Origin: Lingula anatina
Lineage: Eukaryota > Animalia > Brachiopoda
Assembly (NCBI GenBank): GCA_051362555.1
Contig: CM120649.1
Location: 13,144,001 to 13,208,000, forward strand
DNA: 64,000 nt
Reading direction: 5' to 3'
Of this stretch, positions 25,823-37,800 are shown one piece after another; position 1 is the stretch's first letter; each line of letters opens with the position of its first letter. A program made the translations under genes and the position numbers. The notes under the pieces were generated by a model. That model was not told the origin of the DNA. It did no database searches and saw nothing but the letters and a program-made list of their open reading frames with translations.

Positions 25823-28800
25823 ATGTTGCACATGGATGTTAGTGCGTATGGCATTTGCGGTGTCAGCCAAATCCGTTAATCCAAATTCGTGTATTTAAAA
25901 ATGATTGGATAAACGTGGCTTTGTCTTTATTCGTATTATGTAAGCGAAAAGTGAAACACTACATTAAGATTGTATTAATCCACAGCATGACAACTCGTGC
26001 CAATGTGACATGTGTCCAGATGGTAAAACTAAGAAGGTGGTCACCAAGGACCCTTCCCAGCCTGCATGTCCATGTTACTGCGCGGACGGCTGGCCACGAG
26101 AGATGGACATGGACGGAAAGTGTTGGGTACGGTATATATTCACAGTATATATTCACGGTATATATTTACAGTGTCCTGATATAGTGTTCGCTTCCGATTT
26201 AGGTCGTAAGTTTAGATTTGGTTAATGCAGTATAGTTGCATATTGTGATTCAGTCAAATTTTGCTTTGAGAAAAGGAACATTAGGTAATCGGAAACTGTG
26301 AAAGCAAAAAGAAAGTTTTTTTTACTTTTATTTCGTACAATATAGAGAAATACCATTGATTTCTGTTATCTTTCCTTTGTGACATAAAAACAACACAAAT
26401 ATGCAATATTTAAACGTATAAATGTAATTAATATCAGCACTATTTACTGCATTTCTGTAGTGTGGCTGTGAGTGTGCAAATGGAGATGACGGTACCATTA
26501 AACCAGACGGTGGCTGTCATTGCCCATGCAAATGTAACAACTGTCAGGACTCGCTCATATCTAGTGACGGAACGTGTGACTGCCCGAATGACATGTAAGT
26601 TTGTTGCTGCCTGCATAATAGAATCGATTCATCTCCTTTGATATGGGATCTTAGAGGAGCTGCTATGACATTTTACACACCAGACTTAGCTTTTTACGCG
26701 TGCAACTGCCCCAATGGCGTGTGAGAACATAATATAGACATTGCGGTTAATACAATGTGTGCAAGGGTCCCTTGTTATATAATTTGGAGTATATACGAAT
26801 ATACACGTATGTGAACAAGCCTTTTGGTATAATGTTTTGTGTCAATGTAGATAAGCCATCAGAATTGGATAATGAAACAGACAAAGTTATAAACAAATCT
26901 ATGAATATTGTCTTTGATCCCTCTAGTTGCCCTGTGTGTGATTCTGCCTACGAGCCCGTGTGGGAAGACTGTCGTTGTGTTTGTCGTGAGAAGACCCAGT
27001 GCGGACTGTACCCAGCCTGTGTACGAGGCCGACGTGGAGAGCAGTGTGACCAGCCGGACTGTGAACCCTGTAGTTTACAGACAGACAACGGGTTGCAAGG
27101 TAAAAACGTAATGTTTCATAAGTAGAAATGTCAAGATTATTTTAATGCACTATATAAAGATTTGAAAATACTGACTGAATCTCCAAAACGCTTTGTTTAA
27201 GTATAAATATTTATATCTTATATGTGTGCAATATTAACAATTATTTAAATCTTATTGTTACAATTAAGTTGTCATATTACTTGGACATATGCCATCTCTC
27301 ACTTATGCTTGACGCGTAATATAGGATAAAACAAGGACCGCCTTAACAAATATAAGACATTGCATTGCAAAAAATGAATTGTTTTAGATTAAATGATATC
27401 ATGTATTTAAATTTATTAAACATTTACAAAATACAAATTGTAATGTGTCTGTTTATTTTAGAATGTTTCGGCAACGGCGTTTGCACCCCTCATAGTTACT
27501 TCTGTAGCTCTAGGTGCGTTTGCACACGGTTTTGGACTGGCGTCTGTTGTAATGTCAGAATGCCAAGGAACATGGGAGGTGATCCTCACCTACAGACAGC
27601 AGACGGTAGGCATTTATAATTGCATTTTTGTTGTATTTAGATCGTTCCTATTTGAAATATAGTGTATACATTTATGAAACCTAAATGTGATACAGTTGCA
27701 TGAAAGTTTTTTCCCCAAATGTGTTATGCGAAAGAATGCATTTCTTGTAATCTTTTTTCATTCATTTATGATAACAACGTAATACCTGATAATACCAAAC
27801 GTCTTCTAAAATAAATGTTCTTCACAAGAAAAAGTGAATAAGGGTAAACAAGTGTAAAATTATTGTTGCGTTGTGTTTATATTACATTGAAATGCACTCA
27901 AAGCAAGCACTTTCTCATAACAAATCCATCATAACATTCCTTAGGTATATCCTATGATTACCATGGTATCGGGGAATTCTGGGATTGTAAGAGTAGAGCT
28001 AACGACTTTGGCGTACAAGTCCGGTTCTTTGGCTATAAACAGGCGTCACTGGTCGGTGCTGCCGCGGTCAAAATCGGCCACAGTGTGGCGACCATTACTA
28101 CACCGGTCACTGCCACCGAGACTACTCTTCCTACTTTAAGGTGAGTAGCGAGTTAAAGAAATATTTTTTATGAAGGTTTGCATTTTCTGTTGCAGTTCTT
28201 ATGCATAATTATAACGAATGTATTCGTTTTTATTGACTTAACCGTTGATGTGAAATCGTTGAGACATTGGAGAGTTTATGTTACTCATGCTTTATTTTTA
28301 AACGTTCAGTTCAGTAACCATTCACATCGCTTATGTCGGTACATTAAATGGACTAGTCAGCAGGTCAGCATATCAGCATGACAGCAAGCAAGCAAGCAAG
28401 CAAGGTACATAATCTAAAAAAAACAAAACAATAAATAAATAAAATGAATAAATAAATAAAGGAAACTATATAAATACTTATGCATCAAATACATAGGCCT
28501 AAGTATAATTTACTAGATATATGGAACATTACATTACATTAATTCGGTTATATATAGCGAGACTTGAAATTTGCTATATCTATACAGTAAGCAGAAATGA
28601 TATGAAGTTTACCTTTTAATGCAATAATCATAATTAAAACGTTATATACTGAATTACAGGAAGGGTTTTGCAGTTGATAATTAAACCAATGCGTTCTCAT
28701 ATTATCATTTATCGTACTTCATATTAATTACCACACCCTACCAGGTACTCTATCTTATATACCTATTTTTTCACCTTTATAATTTATACAGAAAACTTAT

Positions 28801-31800
28801 AAATACACACTTGATAGTAAAAACACTTACATTATGATTTCTCCCTTTGAACTGTTACAATACACTATACTACGTTGGGAAATACGGTTAGCTGCAGGAG
28901 AGACCCTTCTTGTACGGATTCTTGTAGCGTTATGACCCAGTAGCATTCAAATAAGCGCGCTACTCACACAAGTAATGAAAACTACTCATAACTGTTATAG
29001 CTAAAACAAGGAATCTGTACTTACACCTTGTTTATATAAAACAGGGAATCTGGCACTTACATACCCGGCTCCATAAATAAGTTATACTGAATAAGTTGTA
29101 CTTATTTATCTACAAAACAAAATATTCTAAGTGCCCTTAAAACAAAACAAAATAATATCTTACTGAAATCAACTAGTTACTTCAAATCTCCCATCTAATG
29201 TTCATTTGGAACTAAAAGAACCAACTTGTTAGAAGGTCTACGGATATCTACACTTTGTGTTTTAAGCAGTACTGCTCTAACATAACCTTCAGAGTCCATC
29301 TCTACCTCTTTAACACGACCCATGCGCCACTCACAACGCGGCACATTTTCTTCTCGAATAATAACTACATCGCCGATCGCTAGATTTCGACGATGTTTCA
29401 TCCATTTTGTACGACTTTGCAAATTCAGTAGAAACTCTCTTTTCCATCTTGCCCAGAACACATTCGCAAGGTACTGTACTCGTCGCCAACGTTTGCGAAG
29501 ATACACATCTTCTCTCTGGAATACACCTGGTGGCGGAACGGTAACCCGTGATCTGAGAGTCAAAATGTGATTCGGAGTTAGAGAATCTTCATCACGCGGA
29601 TCCATGGAGACTGTCGTCAGTGGTCTCGAGTTGATGATCGCTTCTACTTCACAGAGGAGAGTGTGAAAGGAGTCAGTGTCGAGCTGGGTTCCATGTTCTT
29701 GTAAAAGACCCGTGAGAACTTTCCTAACAGACCGTATCATGCGTTCCCATGACCCACCCATGTTACTTGCTGCAGGAGGGTTAAAATGCCAATCAATGCC
29801 TACTCGACACATATTATCTTGAATGACATCATGTTTCATGTTCTGAAGAGCTTGTTTAAGTTCTTTGTGAGCTCCAACAAAATTTGTTCCGTTGTCGCTC
29901 CACAACTCTCTAACATTTCCTCGGCGCGCAATGAATCTTCGAAGCACGTTAAGGAAAGTGTCCGTTTCAAGGTTCATGGCAACTTCTATGTGTACTGCCC
30001 GACTAGACAAGCAAGTAAAGAGTACCCCGTATCGTTTGACTTCTTTCCTTCCGTCTTTTACGACAAAGGGTCCAAAACAGTCCACGCCTGATCTGCTAAA
30101 CGGAGGAAGCGTTTCATCTACTCTACAACTAGGTAAGTTGGCCATTCTCTGCTGTTCCACTGGACCAGTGAGACGTCGGCACTTAACACAAGAAGCCAGC
30201 AAAGAACGCACAGCAGCATTTCCACTTATAATCCAATATTTCGTACGAAGGCTTGAGAGCACGTGATTTCGACCTGCATGCCCCAGACGTTCGTGTTCTT
30301 GGCGTATTATTAGGGTAGTAATATGGCCTTTCTTAGGTAGTATGATTGGATGTTTCGCTTTTTCTGGTAGATTTGCTCGCTGTAATCTTCCACCCACTCT
30401 TAAGATACCATTGTCAACAATTGGATCCAACTTGTAAAGGTTGCTGGTCTTGTTTACCGTCTTTGCCCGGCTCCGTGTTTGATCTGCATCTACTGAGGTA
30501 AGTTGGGTAATCTCGTCTTTGTAACTGCGCCAGTGTAGCCAACGTATGACTATGGTCTCCGATTGGGCAATATCCTCGGACGTAATCACCGGAGAGAAAC
30601 TCGTCTTAGACTTCTCTCTTTTGCACAACCACTGAACAAATTTTCCATAGATAGCAACTGCTTTGCACAATTTATACCAACTTGAGTAGTGATTCACAAG
30701 CTGAAAGAAAGAATCTTCTTCATCACTGCTCAATGCAAAACACGCTGTATGTTGGATCTCATCGTCCGATTCTGATTGGTCTTGCGTCTGAGAATTTAGT
30801 GGGCTTGCTGGCCATGTATCTTCCTCGGTATACAGAAACTCGGGACCAGTCAACCACCTTGCACTGTCACTCAACTCATCCGCTGATAAACCTCTAGAGG
30901 CTTCGTCTGCACTATTATTTGATGACGGTACGTAACGCCACTGCTCTACACTGGAAAAATCGCGTATCAGTTGAATTCTATTTGCCACAAACACTGGGAA
31001 TCGCTTCTTCTCATTGGCTATGTAGCGAAGTACAGTAGTGGAGTCGGTATGGTAAAACACTTTCAAGTCTTCCTCAATTTCTCTCTCTATCATTTTGGCT
31101 AGTCGCACTGAGGTAACTGCAGCGGTAAGTTCGAGTCGTGGGATTGACAGTCTTGATGGGTGCGAGTCGAGCTTTTCCTGCTACAAAGAAAACATTTATG
31201 TTTCCTGCATAATCCTTACATCGAAGGTAGGCAACTGATCCATAACCATAGAAGCTGGCATCTGAGAAGACATGGAGCTGCACTTCACCATGTGGGAGAC
31301 AGTCTGAAAGTTTGAAACAGCGGTTTATCTTTACATTTTCTAATGCTAATATCGAAGATGACCATTTGCTCCACCTTTCTTGAAACTTCTCCGGTACATC
31401 ATCATCCCATCCTACATTTCCGTCACGACAAAGATCCTGTAGTATTTTCTTCGCTGGCAATATCACCGGAGCCACAAAACCAAGTGGGTCATAAAGCGAA
31501 GAAATGACGGAGAGAATCCCCCTTCTAGTTGATGGTTTGGCTTTTAGCTGTATGGAAAACTCAAACTGATCTGTCTCAATGTTCCATTGTACCCCAAGCG
31601 TCTTTGTGATTGGTAGCTCATCATAATGGATATCAATTGAGGATATTTCTTTGGAATGCTCAGCCTTGGGTATAGAGTCCATAACTTCAATGCTGTTGCT
31701 GGCAAACTTGGTAAGATGGAATCCTCCGCTTGCACAGGTTTTCTGAAGATCATCTACCAGTCTGATGGCGTCATAGGTAGACTTCACAGATTTAATACAG

Positions 31801-34800
31801 TCGTCTACATAGAAATTTCTGAGAAGAGTTTTACTCACTTCAGAATTTTCTGCTTCAGCCCCAATTTTCTTCAGAACAAAATTGGCAACACTAGGAGAGG
31901 AGACGGCACCAAAAAGATGAACGCTCATCTGATATTCTTGCAAGTCGCTGCTCAAGTCACCGTTTTCCCACCACATGAATCTCATAAAACTTCTCTGTTC
32001 TACTGGAACACGGACCTGAAAAAACATGGATTCTATATCGGCAGTGAATGCGGTTTGATGCTGACGGAACCTACAAAGAACTCCCACCAAGTTGTTGGCC
32101 AGATCCGGTCCTTGTAATAAGTGATCATTCAGGCTTGTCCCTTGAAACTTGGCACTTGCATCAAACACTACTCTAATTTTCCCCGGTTTGTTTGGATTGT
32201 ATATACCGTGATGAGGTAAGTACCATACTTGGCCCTGTGCTGAGACATCATAAAGAGGAACACGCTCTGCATAACCACGCTCTAAAATATTTGAAACAAA
32301 TGCTACGTAATCTGCACGGTAAGTTTCGTTTTTCATCATCTTCCTCTTTTGCCACAATGCCCTCTGTACTGCTTGTGATCGGTTATTAGGAAGTGACACT
32401 TCACTGGATCTGAAAGGTAAGGGCAAAGTATAATGACCATTCTCAAAAACAACACCATCTTCTGCAATCTGTAAGAAACGTTTGTCCTCTGGTGACATTC
32501 CTTTCTCATCAGGATATGATGGCTTATGCTCACAAAAATCAAGCTCCATCATGTGCATTGCAGTAGCCGGGGACATTATCTCCTTGTGGACTTCCTCCAC
32601 CTGTATACGATTGCATGTAATGTGGTCACTAGTATCAGCGGTTAACGGTCCATGTACTGTCCAACCGTGTCTAAGTAACACTGCATACGGGCCTCCATTT
32701 GAAGAAGGTATTGCTCCAAGCGGCTCCAAGGCTAGTGGGCAATTGTTTCCAATCAAGATAGCCAAGTCCACATTTTCTTGCAATTCTGGTATTTCCTGAG
32801 CAACACTTTTGAGGTGATCCCACCTTCTGACGATATCTGGCGTAGGTATCTGATCTTTGGTGATTGGAATATCATCTCTAGTGAAAGTTCGTGGCAGTTC
32901 AATGGCATTATCACCATTACTATCTGTAATCACCAGATTTTCCACCGCACTGCTTTGAAAACAGCTGCTTCCAGACAAAGTCTTGAGCTGAAGACGAGTA
33001 GTTACACCCGAGGCATCAAGTTGGCGGAATAATCCTTCTGTAATAAAACAACCACTACTTCCATTATCATAAAAACAGTATGCATTCATAACAGTGCTAC
33101 TACCTTTCTGGTGGATCTTCACTGGGAGAATTGCATGAAAAATACGGTCTGCAGACACTGTGGTAACGCAGGAAGACACAGTAGCACCATCGGTCAGCCG
33201 TGTATTAGCTTGAGCTGTGAGAGAATGCGATTGGACAGCAGGTTGTCGTTGGGGCCGAAAGCCTTCAACATGGAGTGAAGTTGGATGCAATTTCTGACAC
33301 TTCTGACATCGGCGTTTCTTGGTGCAGCCCTTTGACACGTGGTCTCGTCCAAAACATCCAAAACAGAGGCGTTTATCCATCAGAAAGGCTCTCTTGTCAT
33401 CGATACTTTTAGATGAAAATGTCTGACAGTTCTCAAGGTCATGACGTCCTTGGCAAAGTGGACAACAAGGTTGCGCGGTAGTGACGTCAGAAATGGTCGT
33501 TGCCAAACTGGACACTTTTTGGTTGAACTTACTTGTTGGAGGCTTTGAAGACTTTGTAGAGATGGTCCCTTTACCAAACACTGGGTCGTTGGCTACTTCA
33601 GACGCTGATGATACAAAGGAGACAAGATCTGAAAACTGAACAACTCTTTGTTGATGTTGTCTCAACTTTACTACATGCTCTCGCCATTTATTTTGCAAAT
33701 AAAAAGGTAGTTTCTTAACTACATTTATCATATTGGGTGGGTGATTTAACACACTGAGGTAAGATAAATGCTGCATTGCATAAGAACACTTTGTTAATGA
33801 CAAAGCTAATTTCTTTAGACCAACATGATCATCTTGTTTTACAGATGGCAACTCATTCACTTTATTCAAATACATCATAGCAGTTTTATATGGGTCACCA
33901 TATTCTTTGTCAAGCAACATACGGGCTTGTTGATACCCATCCTCTAAATAAAAACAACTACTGATGATTTCTTTGGGCTCACCTATCAGTAACTGATCAA
34001 GGTAATACAATTTGTCAGATGAAGATGCTGCACGAGAAGCAATACGAGTATCAAAAGCAGCCAAGAAAACCCTATACTCAGTTAAGTCACCAGCAAACTT
34101 TGGCACTTCTGGCTGAGGTAAGGACAACGCAGCTAGGAGAGCATCAGTTTGGAGTAGATGACTGACTCCAGGAATGCCACTGTTCTGAGGGACACGCTCT
34201 GGTACTTCTACGCCAGTGGGGAGTAAAGGACTGCCTCCAGGAATGCCACTGGTCTGAGGTGCACGCGCTGGTACTTCTACGCCAGTGGGGAGTAAAGAAC
34301 TGCCTCTGGGAATTGCTCCGGCCTGGGGAGTGATCGCCGTTGTCACATCAGTTGTGGGTTCTCGGGGAATGACCCTGGCATAAGGAGTTGGTGTCGGTGC
34401 TTCTACATCAGTCATAGGTCCTCGGGGAATGGTCCTGGTGCTCGGAGTGAACGCTGGTGCTTCTGCATCGATCGGATGTACATGGCTGTCTCGGGGAATA
34501 AATTCAGGAGCCTCTACATTCATCATACCGTGGTCGGAGAGGTTATCTACCCAGGCATCTACATTAATGGTTTTCAACGGTGCCCATGTTTACAGCTCTG
34601 CTTCCGCTTTTTTAATTGCAGTCTGAACACGCAGCGATTCCTTCCTTTGCTTTAGTCGAAATTCTTCTTCTTCAATTTTCTGTTTTTCTTTTAATGCCTT
34701 CGCCTCTTCTTCTAAAACTGCCCTTTTTGCCGCAGCTCTTGTAGATCTTTCACTGTTGGTGGTTGATCTTGAACTTTTACTAGAGCAGGAGACAGCATCG

Positions 34801-37800
34801 TCTTCATGGAAATGGAATTTGGAGATATATAAAGATGTACGGCGTTGAACTTTACTAAAATTTTCCTCTGCCTGGTCTAAATATTTTTCTGCTCCTTTTT
34901 CTTCTTGGGTATTAAGCAAATTGAAGTATTTAAAATGTGCCTCTCTAAATCGGTCTATTGAAACACAAAAGTCATTCAATGCTTTCTGTACAATATTTAC
35001 ATGAGCAGAGTCCAAAATAAGTTCATTTATGATGTTTTCTTTTTTAGTACATTCACCTTTAAAGGCGGCACGACTGTGCTTTAATTCTTGACGATAGTCC
35101 CGGTCTCCACCTGCATCCATGGCTGTTATTATGTACTAGTGTGAAATCGTTGAGACATTGGAGAGTTTATGTTACTCATGCTTTATTTTTAAACGTTCAG
35201 TTCAGTAACCATTCACATCGCTTATGTCGGTACATTAAATGGACTAGTCAGCAGGTCAGCATATCAGCATGACAGCAAGCAAGCAAGCAAGCAAGGTACA
35301 TAATCTAAAAAAAACAAAACAATAAATAAATAAAATGAATAAATAAATAAAGGAAACTATATAAATACTTATGCATCAAATACATAGGCCTAAGTATAAT
35401 TTACTAGATATATGGAACATTACATTACATTAATTCGGTTATATATAGCGAGACTTGAAATTTGCTATATCTATACAGTAAGCAGAAATGATATGAAGTT
35501 TACCTTTTAATGCAATAATCATAATTAAAACGTTATATACTGAATTACAGGAAGGGTTTTGCAGTTGATAATTAAACCAATGCGTTCTCATATTATCATT
35601 TATCGTACTTCATATTAATTACCACACCCTACCAGGTACTCTATCTTATATACCTATTTTTTCACCTTTATAATTTATACAGAAAACTTATAAATACACA
35701 CTTGATAGTAAAAACACTTACATTATGATTTCTCCCTTTGAACTGTTACAATACACTATACTACGTTGGGAAATACGGTTAGCTGCAGGAGAGACCCTTC
35801 TTGTACGGATTCTTGTAGCGTTATGACCCAGTAGCATTCAAATAAGCGCGCTACTCACACAAGTAATGAAAACTACTCATAACTGTTATAGCTAAAACAA
35901 GGAATCTGTACTTACACCTTGTTTATATAAAACAGGGAATCTGGCACTTACATACCCGGCTCCATAAATAAGTTATACTGAATAAGTTGTACTTATTTAT
36001 CTACAAAACAAAATATTCTAAGTGCCCTTAAAACAAAACAAAATAATATCTTACTGAAATCAACTAGTTACTTCAAATCTCCCATCTAATGTTCATTTGG
36101 AACTAAAAGAACCAACTTGTTAGAAGGTCTACGGATATCTACACTTTGTGTTTTAAGCAGTACTGCTCTAACATAACCTTCAGAGTCCATCTCTACCTCT
36201 TTAACACGACCCATGCGCCACTCACAACGCGGCACATTTTCTTCTCGAATAATAACTACATCGCCGATCGCTAGATTTCGACGATGTTTCATCCATTTTG
36301 TACGACTTTGCAAATTCAGTAGAAACTCTCTTTTCCATCTTGCCCAGAACACATTCGCAAGGTACTGTACTCGTCGCCAACGTTTGCGAAGATACACATC
36401 TTCTCTCTGGAATACACCTGGTGGCGGAACGGTAACCCGTGATCTGAGAGTCAAAATGTGATTCGGAGTTAGAGAATCTTCATCACGCGGATCCATGGAG
36501 ACTGTCGTCAGTGGTCTCGAGTTGATGATCGCTTCTACTTCACAGAGGAGAGTGTGAAAGGAGTCAGTGTCGAGCTGGGTTCCATGTTCTTGTAAAAGAC
36601 CCGTGAGAACTTTCCTAACAGACCGTATCATGCGTTCCCATGACCCACCCATGTTACTTGCTGCAGGAGGGTTAAAATGCCAATCAATGCCTACTCGACA
36701 CATATTATCTTGAATGACATCATGTTTCATGTTCTGAAGAGCTTGTTTAAGTTCTTTGTGAGCTCCAACAAAATTTGTTCCGTTGTCGCTCCACAACTCT
36801 CTAACATTTCCTCGGCGCGCAATGAATCTTCGAAGCACGTTAAGGAAAGTGTCCGTTTCAAGGTTCATGGCAACTTCTATGTGTACTGCCCGACTAGACA
36901 AGCAAGTAAAGAGTACCCCGTATCGTTTGACTTCTTTCCTTCCGTCTTTTACGACAAAGGGTCCAAAACAGTCCACGCCTGATCTGCTAAACGGAGGAAG
37001 CGTTTCATCTACTCTACAACTAGGTAAGTTGGCCATTCTCTGCTGTTCCACTGGACCAGTGAGACGTCGGCACTTAACACAAGAAGCCAGCAAAGAACGC
37101 ACAGCAGCATTTCCACTTATAATCCAATATTTCGTACGAAGGCTTGAGAGCACGTGATTTCGACCTGCATGCCCCAGACGTTCGTGTTCTTGGCGTATTA
37201 TTAGGGTAGTAATATGGCCTTTCTTAGGTAGTATGATTGGATGTTTCGCTTTTTCTGGTAGATTTGCTCGCTGTAATCTTCCACCCACTCTTAAGATACC
37301 ATTGTCAACAATTGGATCCAACTTGTAAAGGTTGCTGGTCTTGTTTACCGTCTTTGCCCGGCTCCGTGTTTGATCTGCATCTACTGAGGTAAGTTGGGTA
37401 ATCTCGTCTTTGTAACTGCGCCAGTGTAGCCAACGTATGACTATGGTCTCCGATTGGGCAATATCCTCGGACGTAATCACCGGAGAGAAACTCGTCTTAG
37501 ACTTCTCTCTTTTGCACAACCACTGAACAAATTTTCCATAGATAGCAACTGCTTTGCACAATTTATACCAACTTGAGTAGTGATTCACAAGCTGAAAGAA
37601 AGAATCTTCTTCATCACTGCTCAATGCAAAACACGCTGTATGTTGGATCTCATCGTCCGATTCTGATTGGTCTTGCGTCTGAGAATTTAGTGGGCTTGCT
37701 GGCCATGTATCTTCCTCGGTATACAGAAACTCGGGACCAGTCAACCACCTTGCACTGTCACTCAACTCATCCGCTGATAAACCTCTAGAGGCTTCGTCTG

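Noticed and set aside
29195-31108. Stand-alone integrase ORF or programmed frameshift
   Set aside because: The break falls inside the conserved RNase H motif TIPRLEL and looks like a 2-nt deletion
34590-35120. 176-aa ORF as a separate accessory gene
   Set aside because: In frame with the downstream Gag ORF and separated by a single TAA; it is the Gag N-terminus
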